Below, one piece after another: positions 1 to 8,335 of a stretch of DNA of 64,000 nucleotides. The notes below the pieces were generated by a model. That model had not been told where the DNA came from. It searched no databases and saw only the letters and a program-made list of their open reading frames with translations. The stretch lies in IMG/VR virus record IMGVR_UViG_3300030339_000003, positions 167,367-231,366 of that record; one strand, given 5' to 3'. How positions within the stretch are numbered: the stretch's first letter is position 1; each line of letters starts with the position of its first letter. Made by a program: the position numbers and the translations under genes.

Positions 1-1
1 G

Positions 2-202
2 GTTGAATCCAATACGTACGCTGTTAAACAGATCGCGCGTTCGTTCCTGGCACGTATGCCTTGGTTCAACCCATCTGGTCAGCAAGCTCCATCTGCGTTT
101 ATGAACCGTACCGCAATCCTGGAATCTATCACTGATACCGGCTTGCTGGAAACCATGTCTCTGCAGAAAGCTAAAATTGTTTCTCCAACATACATCGGTT
201 AA
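2..202 (+). CDS. C-terminal fragment of an upstream late gene, possibly tail tube protein (phiKZ gp30-like)
   Basis: Open frame from window edge, VESNTYAVKQIARSFLARMPWFNP...SPTYIG*, high-expression codons, followed by hairpin; tube call from recalled C-terminal resemblance and synteny only. Confidence 0.35.
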   Translation, partial: VESNTYAVKQIARSFLARMPWFNPSGQQAPSAFMNRTAILESITDTGLLETMSLQKAKIVSPTYIG

Positions 203-224
203 ACAAAAAAAAATAAAGATAACA

Positions 225-254
225 ATAACTCCTACCCGTGAGGGTAGGAGTTAT
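225..254. terminator. Bidirectional intrinsic terminator (ACTCCTACCC family, GTGA loop)
   Basis: ataactcctaccc-gtga-gggtaggagttat between convergent genes, A-run and T-rich flanks. Confidence 0.8.
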
Positions 255-386
255 ATATTGTTTATGTATTTATTAATTACAGAACTTATTGACGAATTTT
301 CTAACATAATAAACAATGACCGCTGCCAAAATTAATATCAAAATTATTTTCATTTAACACCTTTCTTATTATAGGGTAAGAGTAAA

Positions 387-917
387 TTACACGCTGCGAT
401 ATAGCGGAGCTTTTAAAGGCAAGTATTTCGCAGTGGGCATGTTTTCGTGGATATACATAATACTTTTTAATGCATATCTATTATTGCGCATACAACGTAA
501 AATAGCACGATGATGAGCAGGTACTTTAAACAAGGGAACTTCTTCCAAGTCTAATGTGTAGTAATACAACAAAGTAGCGCGTAATAATTCTAACGCCTCT
601 TTGCCTTTTGCCGCATAGTGTTTAGAAATCTCCACACTGTGTAGCCAATTCAATATTTGATTCGTTGTCATCTCAACAGGAACCACAAAACTAAAGTGAT
701 CGAAATTCTTTAGGATGGTAGGTTTCTTAATAGAATCAGAACGCCTCAGTACAGCACGACGTTTACTGAATCCATGTTGATAGTGTAAAACAATGGATGC
801 ATTTAAGTAAGTAACACTGACGCGGAAAGGTTTCCACACAATCATAACAACAGTGTACAATACCAAAAATGTGTAAATACCGATCAAACACAGATTGATA
901 ACATCATCGTAATACAT
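387..917 (-). CDS. Hypothetical protein with N-terminal transmembrane helix
   Basis: 176-aa ORF, hydrophobic residues ~8-28, own early promoter. Confidence 0.7.
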   Translation of the reverse strand: MYYDDVINLCLIGIYTFLVLYTVVMIVWKPFRVSVTYLNASIVLHYQHGFSKRRAVLRRSDSIKKPTILKNFDHFSFVVPVEMTTNQILNWLHSVEISKHYAAKGKEALELLRATLLYYYTLDLEEVPLFKVPAHHRAILRCMRNNRYALKSIMYIHENMPTAKYLPLKAPLYRSV

Positions 918-960
918 GGCACATATCCTTATAAAGTTTAACAGCTAAGTTTACTACTCC

Positions 961-980
961 TAAGTAATATAGATTTAAAA
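961..980 (-). promoter_or_regulatory. Early (virion RNAP) promoter
   Basis: Minus strand TTTTAAATCTATATTACTTA matches phiKZ-type TATATTAC motif. Confidence 0.75.
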
Positions 981-1024
981 CGTTATGTAATCTAAATTCC
1001 CCACCCTCTCAGGCAGGGAATCAG

Positions 1025-2125
1025 TTACTTAGGTAAGTGAGCAAGTGCGTGTCCCAACAATGATAATACGTCATCTAGATCTGCATAAGCCGAATTAATA
1101 GAGATCTTAGAATGAGGAGAAATCAAATCACTATTGATGACTGTGGTGTAACCAATACCGTTAGGTGTTTTAAGAAGACCCACGTAGGTATTAGCTTCTT
1201 TGATTTGAACAGCCGCATTAAAGTAATTGGTACCCACTAATAAGTCTTGATCAATACCAACGTGAATATAGTGATTCTTTTCCAAATTAGGATTATCGAT
1301 AATAACACGAACTAATTTTTGTAAAGCATTTTGAACTGAAATTAAGAACTCTTCCAGTAATGCTGAACGTTGACGGTCATATGGGTGGCTACCATCTATT
1401 AGGTCCCGAACCATTAAACGATGCCAACCAAAACGTAACACTAAAACGTGTTCGCGTTGCTCTTTGTAATCCCGAGCTTTCAGGTTAACACTGATAGGGG
1501 TAAATGACGACTCTAAGGTACCTACATTTGTTTTATTTACCATACCGCGATAATACGCCGACGATAGTTGTAAATCACGAGCATAGTCCTTAGGTTCAAC
1601 AATCGCACCATGGAACTGCCAGTTTTCAATTGTCTCTTTAATTGAATCTAACCAATTCAAGAAACGCATGACTTCACTAAGCGACCGCGTGTTCATTAAG
1701 AACATCTTGGTATTTTTGTATACTAATGTAACTTGAGTACGACTAATTTCAAAACGCAATGAAGCAAAGCCAGTTTCACCAATAACACGCACCCATTTTT
1801 TAGCTCGAGGGTTTGATTGTTTGATGTCTTGCAGTGAACCAATGATATTGCTCATTTCGCCCAGTACGTTAATGTCTGGGTTAATGAACGAATTATCACG
1901 ATAGTTACGAATAACCATTTTAACTTGATGGAAAGGAATGGCTGTTTCGCCAACAGGCGTTACACGTTCGAGCAGTAAACTGAATACTGTTTCTGCGTCG
2001 TTATCTATGAGATATCTGTATTCCGCATGCGGAACAATATCTGGATAATCGTTATAGTCCATACATTCATCCATTACAAAAAAATAAATAAATATTACAG
2101 GGATCCTAAGACCCCTGTAATTCAT
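1025..2125 (-). CDS. Hypothetical protein (true start probably ATG 2074)
   Basis: Long ORF; 5' extension overlaps a hairpin at ~2095-2120. Confidence 0.7.
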   Translation of the reverse strand: MNYRGLRIPVIFIYFFVMDECMDYNDYPDIVPHAEYRYLIDNDAETVFSLLLERVTPVGETAIPFHQVKMVIRNYRDNSFINPDINVLGEMSNIIGSLQDIKQSNPRAKKWVRVIGETGFASLRFEISRTQVTLVYKNTKMFLMNTRSLSEVMRFLNWLDSIKETIENWQFHGAIVEPKDYARDLQLSSAYYRGMVNKTNVGTLESSFTPISVNLKARDYKEQREHVLVLRFGWHRLMVRDLIDGSHPYDRQRSALLEEFLISVQNALQKLVRVIIDNPNLEKNHYIHVGIDQDLLVGTNYFNAAVQIKEANTYVGLLKTPNGIGYTTVINSDLISPHSKISINSAYADLDDVLSLLGHALAHLPK

Positions 2126-2138
2126 TATTAAAGTTTAC

Positions 2139-2579
2139 TTAACCGAACAGCTTGGCAGCGGCTTCGCTGTTAGAATTTGACATTTGTTCACGGTAGTTGT
2201 TCAGGTCATCGGAATAGTTATAATCGATTGACGTGATTGCTTGACCGTACAGTGTGTTATCGCCGACTTCCTGTTTCAGGAAATGCTGGCTCTGAATTTG
2301 TGCGTACCCCAAATCGAGCGTTGAATCGAAACTGATATTTTCATTATTTTCATCGAAAGCTGAGCGCGCCAATTGCGCGGTAGCTTGTTCAGACTGCGCC
2401 ACCAGGTTGTTCAGGAAATTAAGGTGAACACCCAGAGAATCCTGAGTCACTTCTTCATTGAAGATTTCTGGTCCGGCCTGGAAAGTCGCATGCGAAGTAA
2501 CATTGTTAACGTCTGCACCAGCAACTAATGCAGTAACGCCATTTTCCATAATTTCATCAAAATTGGTATTCAAAGACAT
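2139..2579 (-). CDS. Acidic hypothetical early protein
   Basis: 146 aa, GAGG RBS, early promoter at 2670-2689. Confidence 0.8.
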   Translation of the reverse strand: MSLNTNFDEIMENGVTALVAGADVNNVTSHATFQAGPEIFNEEVTQDSLGVHLNFLNNLVAQSEQATAQLARSAFDENNENISFDSTLDLGYAQIQSQHFLKQEVGDNTLYGQAITSIDYNYSDDLNNYREQMSNSNSEAAAKLFG

Positions 2580-2669
2580 GAGGATTTCCTTTAGATTAAC
2601 GGTTGAATTAATAAAGACAAAACAGAGGTAGCAGTCGCATCCTCTTGAACTCTTGTTCGTTGTGTCACC

Positions 2670-2689
2670 TAAGTAATATAGGTTTGAAA
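2670..2689 (-). promoter_or_regulatory. Early promoter
   Basis: TTTCAAACCTATATTACTTA. Confidence 0.75.
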
Positions 2690-2745
2690 TTAGTTTAGAC
2701 TAACAAATATATTGTCAAGTTAAAAAATAAATATAAAAGAATATA

Positions 2746-2777
2746 TACTACTCCTACCCGCAAGGGTAGGAGTAGTA
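2746..2777. terminator. Intrinsic terminator (ACTCCTACCC family, GCAA loop)
   Basis: tactactcctaccc-gcaa-gggtaggagtagta. Confidence 0.8.
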
Positions 2778-2790
2778 GGATTACTGTAGT

Positions 2791-3243
2791 TTAAGGACGG
2801 AAAATGCCTTTAGTCAAACGTTTACTATTCAGATGATTGACTACAGAAGTAGGATCACATAAATAAGCATGTTTGGCTGTATCGCTAAAAACAACAAACG
2901 ATGAAACATTAGCCAACCCATTGTGTTCCACGATAACCGAATATTGTACAGTATCGTTTAGCACGTCAAGTGAATCAATGCTACCGCCTTTATCCTTTTC
3001 GATGTTAGCCAAACCCGTTTCAGTAATTGGGTTACTGACATCGGCAATAATGACATTACTACTGTCAACAGCTTTTACGTTCACATCAGTACCAGAACGC
3101 GCTGCGACTACAGTGCCACCATCTGCCAGTTTACATTGAAAAAGAATACCCTCTGCAGCATTAGCACTAAAAACTGTCAACATGTACAGCGCTACAACGC
3201 TAACTAATGTACAAAGGAATTGCTTTACCATGTGATACTCCAT
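2791..3243 (-). CDS. Secreted/periplasmic protein with signal peptide
   Basis: Hydrophobic N-terminus ending ANA-AE; two Cys in the mature part. Confidence 0.7.
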   Translation of the reverse strand: MEYHMVKQFLCTLVSVVALYMLTVFSANAAEGILFQCKLADGGTVVAARSGTDVNVKAVDSSNVIIADVSNPITETGLANIEKDKGGSIDSLDVLNDTVQYSVIVEHNGLANVSSFVVFSDTAKHAYLCDPTSVVNHLNSKRLTKGIFRP

Positions 3244-3307
3244 TTTAAATCATGAAAGGAAAAAGATTAAAGCGATAAAATCTACCAACGCACCAAACTT
3301 ACGTTCT

Positions 3308-4048
3308 TTATTGGATATTGGCGGCATCGCTTTCGGTAAGCGTTCTGATAACGGTTTGCAAGGCATCGAAGAAATCGGTTCCGTCTTCGTAGCCGGTGTG
3401 GATGTGGTTGAGGCATGCATTAACAAGCTCCTCACGCTTTTCGAGATACGGATATCCGCTTAAAGCTAACACCGTATCTTCGCAGGTAAATGACCAGTCT
3501 TCAGGAGTAACAATGTCACCCGTCATACTGCCTAAGAACCATGTTAAAGCTTCTGCGCGAGTTTCGAGATCTTGTGCAGGCAGCAATGCAAAGTCTACCA
3601 AGTACGGATCAAAACAGACCAGTTCGGTCATAACCGCTTTGAAAAGATTTGCATTGTTATCGTACTGTCGATGTGACAACAGTGAAATAACAGCTTTGCG
3701 ATGGTCGACGCTCAAAGTGAAAGCACGCTTAGCAAAGAGGCTAAGGTTAGGATGCTTGCTTTCAATAAACATTTGAACGACTTGCAGTGCATAGTCCGAG
3801 ATAGCGGTGAGCTTCCCGGCGTCATTACCCAGCTTCCGTGCGATCATGTGTCCTTCGGATTGGAGATCAATAGCGCGATCCCAAATCTTTTCGGATTCAT
3901 CAAAAATTGAACGAATCAGATTACCGTTACCAATGGCGTTACCCAAACCAATGAAATACCCGGCCATCAATTGTTTGTTCAAGTTCAGATCTTGCATATA
4001 TTGTCCTTTACCTAAGTTGATTAAATTGACTAAGTTAATTGTCCACAA
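3308..4048 (-). CDS. Hypothetical early protein (likely start ATG 3997)
   Basis: ORF with early promoter 4102-4121; AAAGGA RBS before MQDLNL. Confidence 0.75.
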   Translation of the reverse strand: MWTINLVNLINLGKGQYMQDLNLNKQLMAGYFIGLGNAIGNGNLIRSIFDESEKIWDRAIDLQSEGHMIARKLGNDAGKLTAISDYALQVVQMFIESKHPNLSLFAKRAFTLSVDHRKAVISLLSHRQYDNNANLFKAVMTELVCFDPYLVDFALLPAQDLETRAEALTWFLGSMTGDIVTPEDWSFTCEDTVLALSGYPYLEKREELVNACLNHIHTGYEDGTDFFDALQTVIRTLTESDAANIQ

Positions 4049-4101
4049 TATACTTAATCGTGTAACATTTCATTCACATAGAAATAAATGTTGGACACTC
4101 T

Positions 4102-4121
4102 TAAGTAATATAGACTTATAA
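4102..4121 (-). promoter_or_regulatory. Early promoter
   Basis: TTATAAGTCTATATTACTTA. Confidence 0.7.
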
Positions 4122-4177
4122 TTATTTATAATCTAAAAGAGAAGTTAAGTTGCGGGCTACCGCAACTTAACCATTAT

Positions 4178-5032
4178 TTAAAAGATACTCAGCGGGTTAG
4201 CACGCACTAATGTGTGTTTGGTATTACGGGTAGCAGCCAAACGTTGCATCATTGCTTCTAAGCCAGTAAATGATTCCATACCGGCGTAGCGCTCCATTAC
4301 TTTAGGGTTAGAACGAATACGTTCCCAGCTGTCCAACAGATCTTCGGTTTCTACAACAAATTCAGATTCTTTATCGTAGATATCCATACCGTTGTTTGCT
4401 GCTGCTAAGAATTGTTCACAACCCGCAGTAAGGTGTTTACACGCAGTATGTTCGCCAGGTTCCCAAACCAAATCAACACCAGTGAAGTATTCGATTTGAC
4501 GGTCTTTCCCTTTTACCTGAGGAGCAGTAACAGTACGCATACTTAACGCAGTATTGATATCAGGATTCGTTAATGAGTCCTGAGCAATTTGCTTATGAGT
4601 ACCAAACGGAATAACTTCTGCTTGTAACTGCACCGGGTCATAACGACCGCCCATCATGTTGAAGTGGATCTTACGGATGTGTAATGCGACGTTATCATCC
4701 ATAATAGTACGGAGACGCATAATCCATTCGAATTCTTCAGTAATAGGTGTACGGCAAACTACACCATTAACCTTTTCAAAATAGAAAGGTTTAGGGTGCC
4801 CCAGTTCTGCATAAACTTCGCCACGTGCAACACGACGGTGTAAATCAGAATTAGGATTCATACATTCCATTACATAATCATTGACCACGTAACGGTGACC
4901 TAAACGTAACGGAGCATTTAACATCCCCGCATTCATAAGGTAATACCCGGTATCATCCATGGGTGACAAAGCACCCTTCTTACCAGTTTGGGCTAACAAG
5001 GTATTACCGAATGTTAAAGTATTAGTCGACAT
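4178..5032 (-). CDS. Prohead (head maturation) serine protease, phiKZ gp175-like
   Basis: GEVYAELGHP (His), TALSMRT (Ser), VDLVWEPG; position upstream of vRNAP genes as in phiKZ-like phages. Confidence 0.9.
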   Translation of the reverse strand: MSTNTLTFGNTLLAQTGKKGALSPMDDTGYYLMNAGMLNAPLRLGHRYVVNDYVMECMNPNSDLHRRVARGEVYAELGHPKPFYFEKVNGVVCRTPITEEFEWIMRLRTIMDDNVALHIRKIHFNMMGGRYDPVQLQAEVIPFGTHKQIAQDSLTNPDINTALSMRTVTAPQVKGKDRQIEYFTGVDLVWEPGEHTACKHLTAGCEQFLAAANNGMDIYDKESEFVVETEDLLDSWERIRSNPKVMERYAGMESFTGLEAMMQRLAATRNTKHTLVRANPLSIF

Positions 5033-5756
5033 CAGTCGGTATCCCTCTAATCAGACGGTCTAAATTAGACACTTTATCGGCAGGCTTAATAATTGCTGAT
5101 AACAGGTTGTCCGCTAAATAACCACCCATGATCTTACTGAACGAATCATTAATCAACATGGATGGGTTATTCAGACCTACGATAACTGGCTCTCTGCCTT
5201 CTTTCATCGCTTTACTACCACGATAAGGTTTTTCCAAGTCATCCGGGTCACGGTAAATAATGGATGCCAATACACGCATAACGTGAGGACTGGAACCCAC
5301 TGCTTTACCTATTTCAGAGCGCGCTGAATCGAAAAGAGAACTGTGTGCTTTATAATCCATATACCAAGGTATTTTGGCATAGTTCACAAATTCCATGAAA
5401 TAGAAATAAGGAACGTTTGGATCTATAGATGCTTGAATGTTTTCAAAGACAATATCGCCTTCACGAAACACCATGCAAATATATTTGTCGCCTTTAACAC
5501 TAACATCACGCATTTCACTTGGGAACATACGCATTGGAAGCATAGACGTCCAGCACATATAACACTCATCAGGAATAACAAAACCTAATACCGGCAATAC
5601 CGAAACGTAGTCAATAACTTCCGCCATTTTGTTTTGTATAAACCGTTGAGGGAAATATACATTCAATTCACGATTGGCAACTACTGAACCGTCATCCAGA
5701 ACAGTAATTGCCTTACGCACTTTATTCGGGTCTTTCACCAAATCAGTGAGTTCCAT
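5022..5756 (-). CDS. Virion RNAP small subunit (beta' C-terminal part), phiKZ gp176-like
   Basis: Size, synteny next to protease, motifs YAKIPWYM, IYRDPDD..PYR, SKIMGGY. Confidence 0.7.
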   Translation of the reverse strand: MELTDLVKDPNKVRKAITVLDDGSVVANRELNVYFPQRFIQNKMAEVIDYVSVLPVLGFVIPDECYMCWTSMLPMRMFPSEMRDVSVKGDKYICMVFREGDIVFENIQASIDPNVPYFYFMEFVNYAKIPWYMDYKAHSSLFDSARSEIGKAVGSSPHVMRVLASIIYRDPDDLEKPYRGSKAMKEGREPVIVGLNNPSMLINDSFSKIMGGYLADNLLSAIIKPADKVSNLDRLIRGIPTDVD

Positions 5757-5768
5757 AATTGGTCCGCG

Positions 5769-7283
5769 TTATTTATTGGTAAACAGCATGTTAACTAAAT
5801 AGTTAATTACTGCAACGTGTAGGACTTTACGCTGGTCAACTTCAGTTGCCGTGTGGTGACTGTGAACGCCGACTTCACGCAAGATCTGACTAGCGTCTTT
5901 ACAGCCAATGCCATCTAAGAAATTGTTAACTAAACCGCATTCTTCAATAGCAACAGAAACGTGTTTGTTTTCACGCGCTACAGTGTAATTGATGCTTTCG
6001 CCGTAATTAACAGGTAACACTTTTGTAATCAATGCATCAATGTTACCCGCGTAAACAGTTTTAACAACTTCATCCAGTTCCGGAGAATGTTCAACAAAAT
6101 GGATAATGGCTTTACGAATCGCGTCGTTCAAAACGGAAGAACGTTCTTTTCCGACAACTTCGTTAAGAGCATTAACAATATTGTTATAACCTTTACGAGC
6201 AGAACTAAAATCAGCAAAATAACCACGAGCTTCTGCACCATTCAGACCCACATATTTAGTCCAGAAATACGCAGTAACAATTTCAGACATAGTGATCTTT
6301 GATTCGACACACATGTCAACACCAGTTGTGTTATAGAACACATTGGCTTTTGCTTTAACGCGTTTGAATGGACGAACACCAGCAACAGGAGCAACTTCAC
6401 GAATGCTACCGTCAGTCAGTTCAACAACACGTAATGGAGAATCAGCCAGCGTAGAAGCGGCGACCTTCAATTCAATCAATGCTTCGGTATAGGCGTCAAA
6501 CAAAGTACCCACTAAAGCACGATACGCTTCCAGAGAACCTGCAGTCAGACCTTCGAACGGTTCATCTGTCTTTGCCATTTTAGCTAAGAAAATGTACTGA
6601 ACGAAAATGGTATCCATGCGTGTAATACGTGGCTGAGTAAAGTCAATAGATTCTTTCTCGTAATCGACTGCAAACGGTAAAGAATAGAAATTTGACATAC
6701 TGGACAGCGCGTCTGTCAAATCAACGTTTGATGACATCAACAGCTTTTTGATTTCTGGATTATCAATATCCAACCAATCAATGATCTTACGCGAATCCCA
6801 ACGTGCAAATGTAACTTTCGGGAAATTCGTTTTGCGGTAATCTGCAAAGCTTAAAGATGGGTTAGACTTTGCAGTCGGGTAATACAGTGAGCTAAAGAAT
6901 GGATGATCGGTTTTAACAAATTCCAGTTCCAGGTCATCTGATAAGAAGTTATTCAGACTGCCACAGAAATCGTTTTCAAACACCGGATATAAACGTTCTT
7001 CGAGCAACGTCGCAAAAGGTTTGGCGTAAGCGCGAATTTGGTCAAAGATAGTACGAACTTTTTCTGATAAAATATCTGTTACGTTCTCAAACGTATTCAG
7101 ATAATCACCATTGGTCGCAGAGTTCTGTGTTACGACCGCACGATAGTTGTCGCTAGTGATTGGAAGAGCGCCACCTAATTGATCGTTTAACGCAATAACC
7201 ACCGGACTAAGACGTGGGGTGATATCTTTATCAGTTGATACTGCCAATGTTTCAGCAATAGCAAGGTTTGTTGTATTGATCAT
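5769..7283 (-). CDS. Virion head protein, phiKZ gp177-like
   Basis: 504 aa; synteny between vRNAP subunit and beta gene. Confidence 0.55.
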   Translation of the reverse strand: MINTTNLAIAETLAVSTDKDITPRLSPVVIALNDQLGGALPITSDNYRAVVTQNSATNGDYLNTFENVTDILSEKVRTIFDQIRAYAKPFATLLEERLYPVFENDFCGSLNNFLSDDLELEFVKTDHPFFSSLYYPTAKSNPSLSFADYRKTNFPKVTFARWDSRKIIDWLDIDNPEIKKLLMSSNVDLTDALSSMSNFYSLPFAVDYEKESIDFTQPRITRMDTIFVQYIFLAKMAKTDEPFEGLTAGSLEAYRALVGTLFDAYTEALIELKVAASTLADSPLRVVELTDGSIREVAPVAGVRPFKRVKAKANVFYNTTGVDMCVESKITMSEIVTAYFWTKYVGLNGAEARGYFADFSSARKGYNNIVNALNEVVGKERSSVLNDAIRKAIIHFVEHSPELDEVVKTVYAGNIDALITKVLPVNYGESINYTVARENKHVSVAIEECGLVNNFLDGIGCKDASQILREVGVHSHHTATEVDQRKVLHVAVINYLVNMLFTNK

Positions 7284-7292
7284 TATCAGCCC

Positions 7293-7463
7293 TTATTCTT
7301 CAGCAGTTAAATGACGGTTGATAGCCTTGCTGATCTTTTCATCTTTGATCGCAGGTTCCAAAGGCGCCATGAATTCAAGGCCGATTTTCTTAATGGTGGC
7401 GTTGACTACGGCTTCAATGTTTGCAATGCTGATGACATTACCAACGAATACATCATTGTCCAT
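7293..7463 (-). CDS. Small protein (56 aa) not in ORF track
   Basis: MDNDVFVGNVISIANIEAVV...HLTAEE*, TAATG overlap with endolysin stop, fills the gap exactly. Confidence 0.65.
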   Translation of the reverse strand: MDNDVFVGNVISIANIEAVVNATIKKIGLEFMAPLEPAIKDEKISKAINRHLTAEE

Positions 7464-8332
7464 TATTTAGTTCTCCGGTTAACGAGTTGCATACCTTCAA
7501 AATAAGACGCGTAAATACGCTGACTGATTTCGCCAATGGTGATGAGGTTATCTTTATTGACGTCAAGCCCGGCGTTCTGAGTATAACCCGTTTGACCTTT
7601 AGTAAAGATCACTTCATTTGGATTATGCCCAATAGCTTTAGGATAGAAGACGCTCAGATAGAAATCATCAAGACGAGTAAATTTACCGTACTGTTTCATA
7701 CGCATTTCAAAATACTTGAATACGTATTGCAATTGGTCACGTTGGCTCAGACCTTTCAGGAAGGCCAAGGTTACGCCCATGTCAGAAGCAGCACCTTTCA
7801 TGAACTGAATCAGGCCGTAAGCTTCAGCACCCGCCATATTTTGTTTAGCAGGGTCAAACGTACCAGCCGACTCAAAGCCCATAATACCCATACAACAATG
7901 AGCGCCACGCCAACCTAAACCAACTGTCGGTTTATCAGCCCAGTCTTTAACGTCCTGAGTAAATTCAACAGGAACACGTTTAGACCAACAAATATCCCAT
8001 TCCGGTAATTTGTTATCTGCACGGTATTCTTTGTTGATAGTGTAGAAGGCAAAGGATGTACCGTCGCCATAAAGACCATCGGCTGTACCAGAGTAAAGAC
8101 CCAATACTTTTAACGCTGTTTGTAAGTCTTTCAAAATGCCGTCTGGAGTAAGGGTGCCGAACAGGCCACCCGGAACAGTTACATTACGTTTCTTAGCGGC
8201 TAACGCTAATAACATGTTAGCCGCTTTAATGCTACCGCCACCCCAAACGCCATCAATGGCACCTGCATATAAACGTGATTCGCTCAAGCCTACTTGCAGA
8301 TCTTTAATTGCATTGATGCCGCTGTTAATCAT
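7463..8332 (-). CDS. Modular endolysin (peptidoglycan-binding repeats + lytic transglycosylase), EL188-like
   Basis: Two PG_binding_1-like repeats (IDGVWG, ADGLYG); catalytic FES...AYGLIQFM; same locus as EL gp188. Confidence 0.9.
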   Translation of the reverse strand: MINSGINAIKDLQVGLSESRLYAGAIDGVWGGGSIKAANMLLALAAKKRNVTVPGGLFGTLTPDGILKDLQTALKVLGLYSGTADGLYGDGTSFAFYTINKEYRADNKLPEWDICWSKRVPVEFTQDVKDWADKPTVGLGWRGAHCCMGIMGFESAGTFDPAKQNMAGAEAYGLIQFMKGAASDMGVTLAFLKGLSQRDQLQYVFKYFEMRMKQYGKFTRLDDFYLSVFYPKAIGHNPNEVIFTKGQTGYTQNAGLDVNKDNLITIGEISQRIYASYFEGMQLVNRRTK

Positions 8333-8335
8333 AAA

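Noticed and set aside
3308-3997. GLGNAIGNGNLIR resembling ADP-ribosylglycohydrolase motifs
   Set aside because: Spacing is wrong and the TDD/DTD metal motifs are absent
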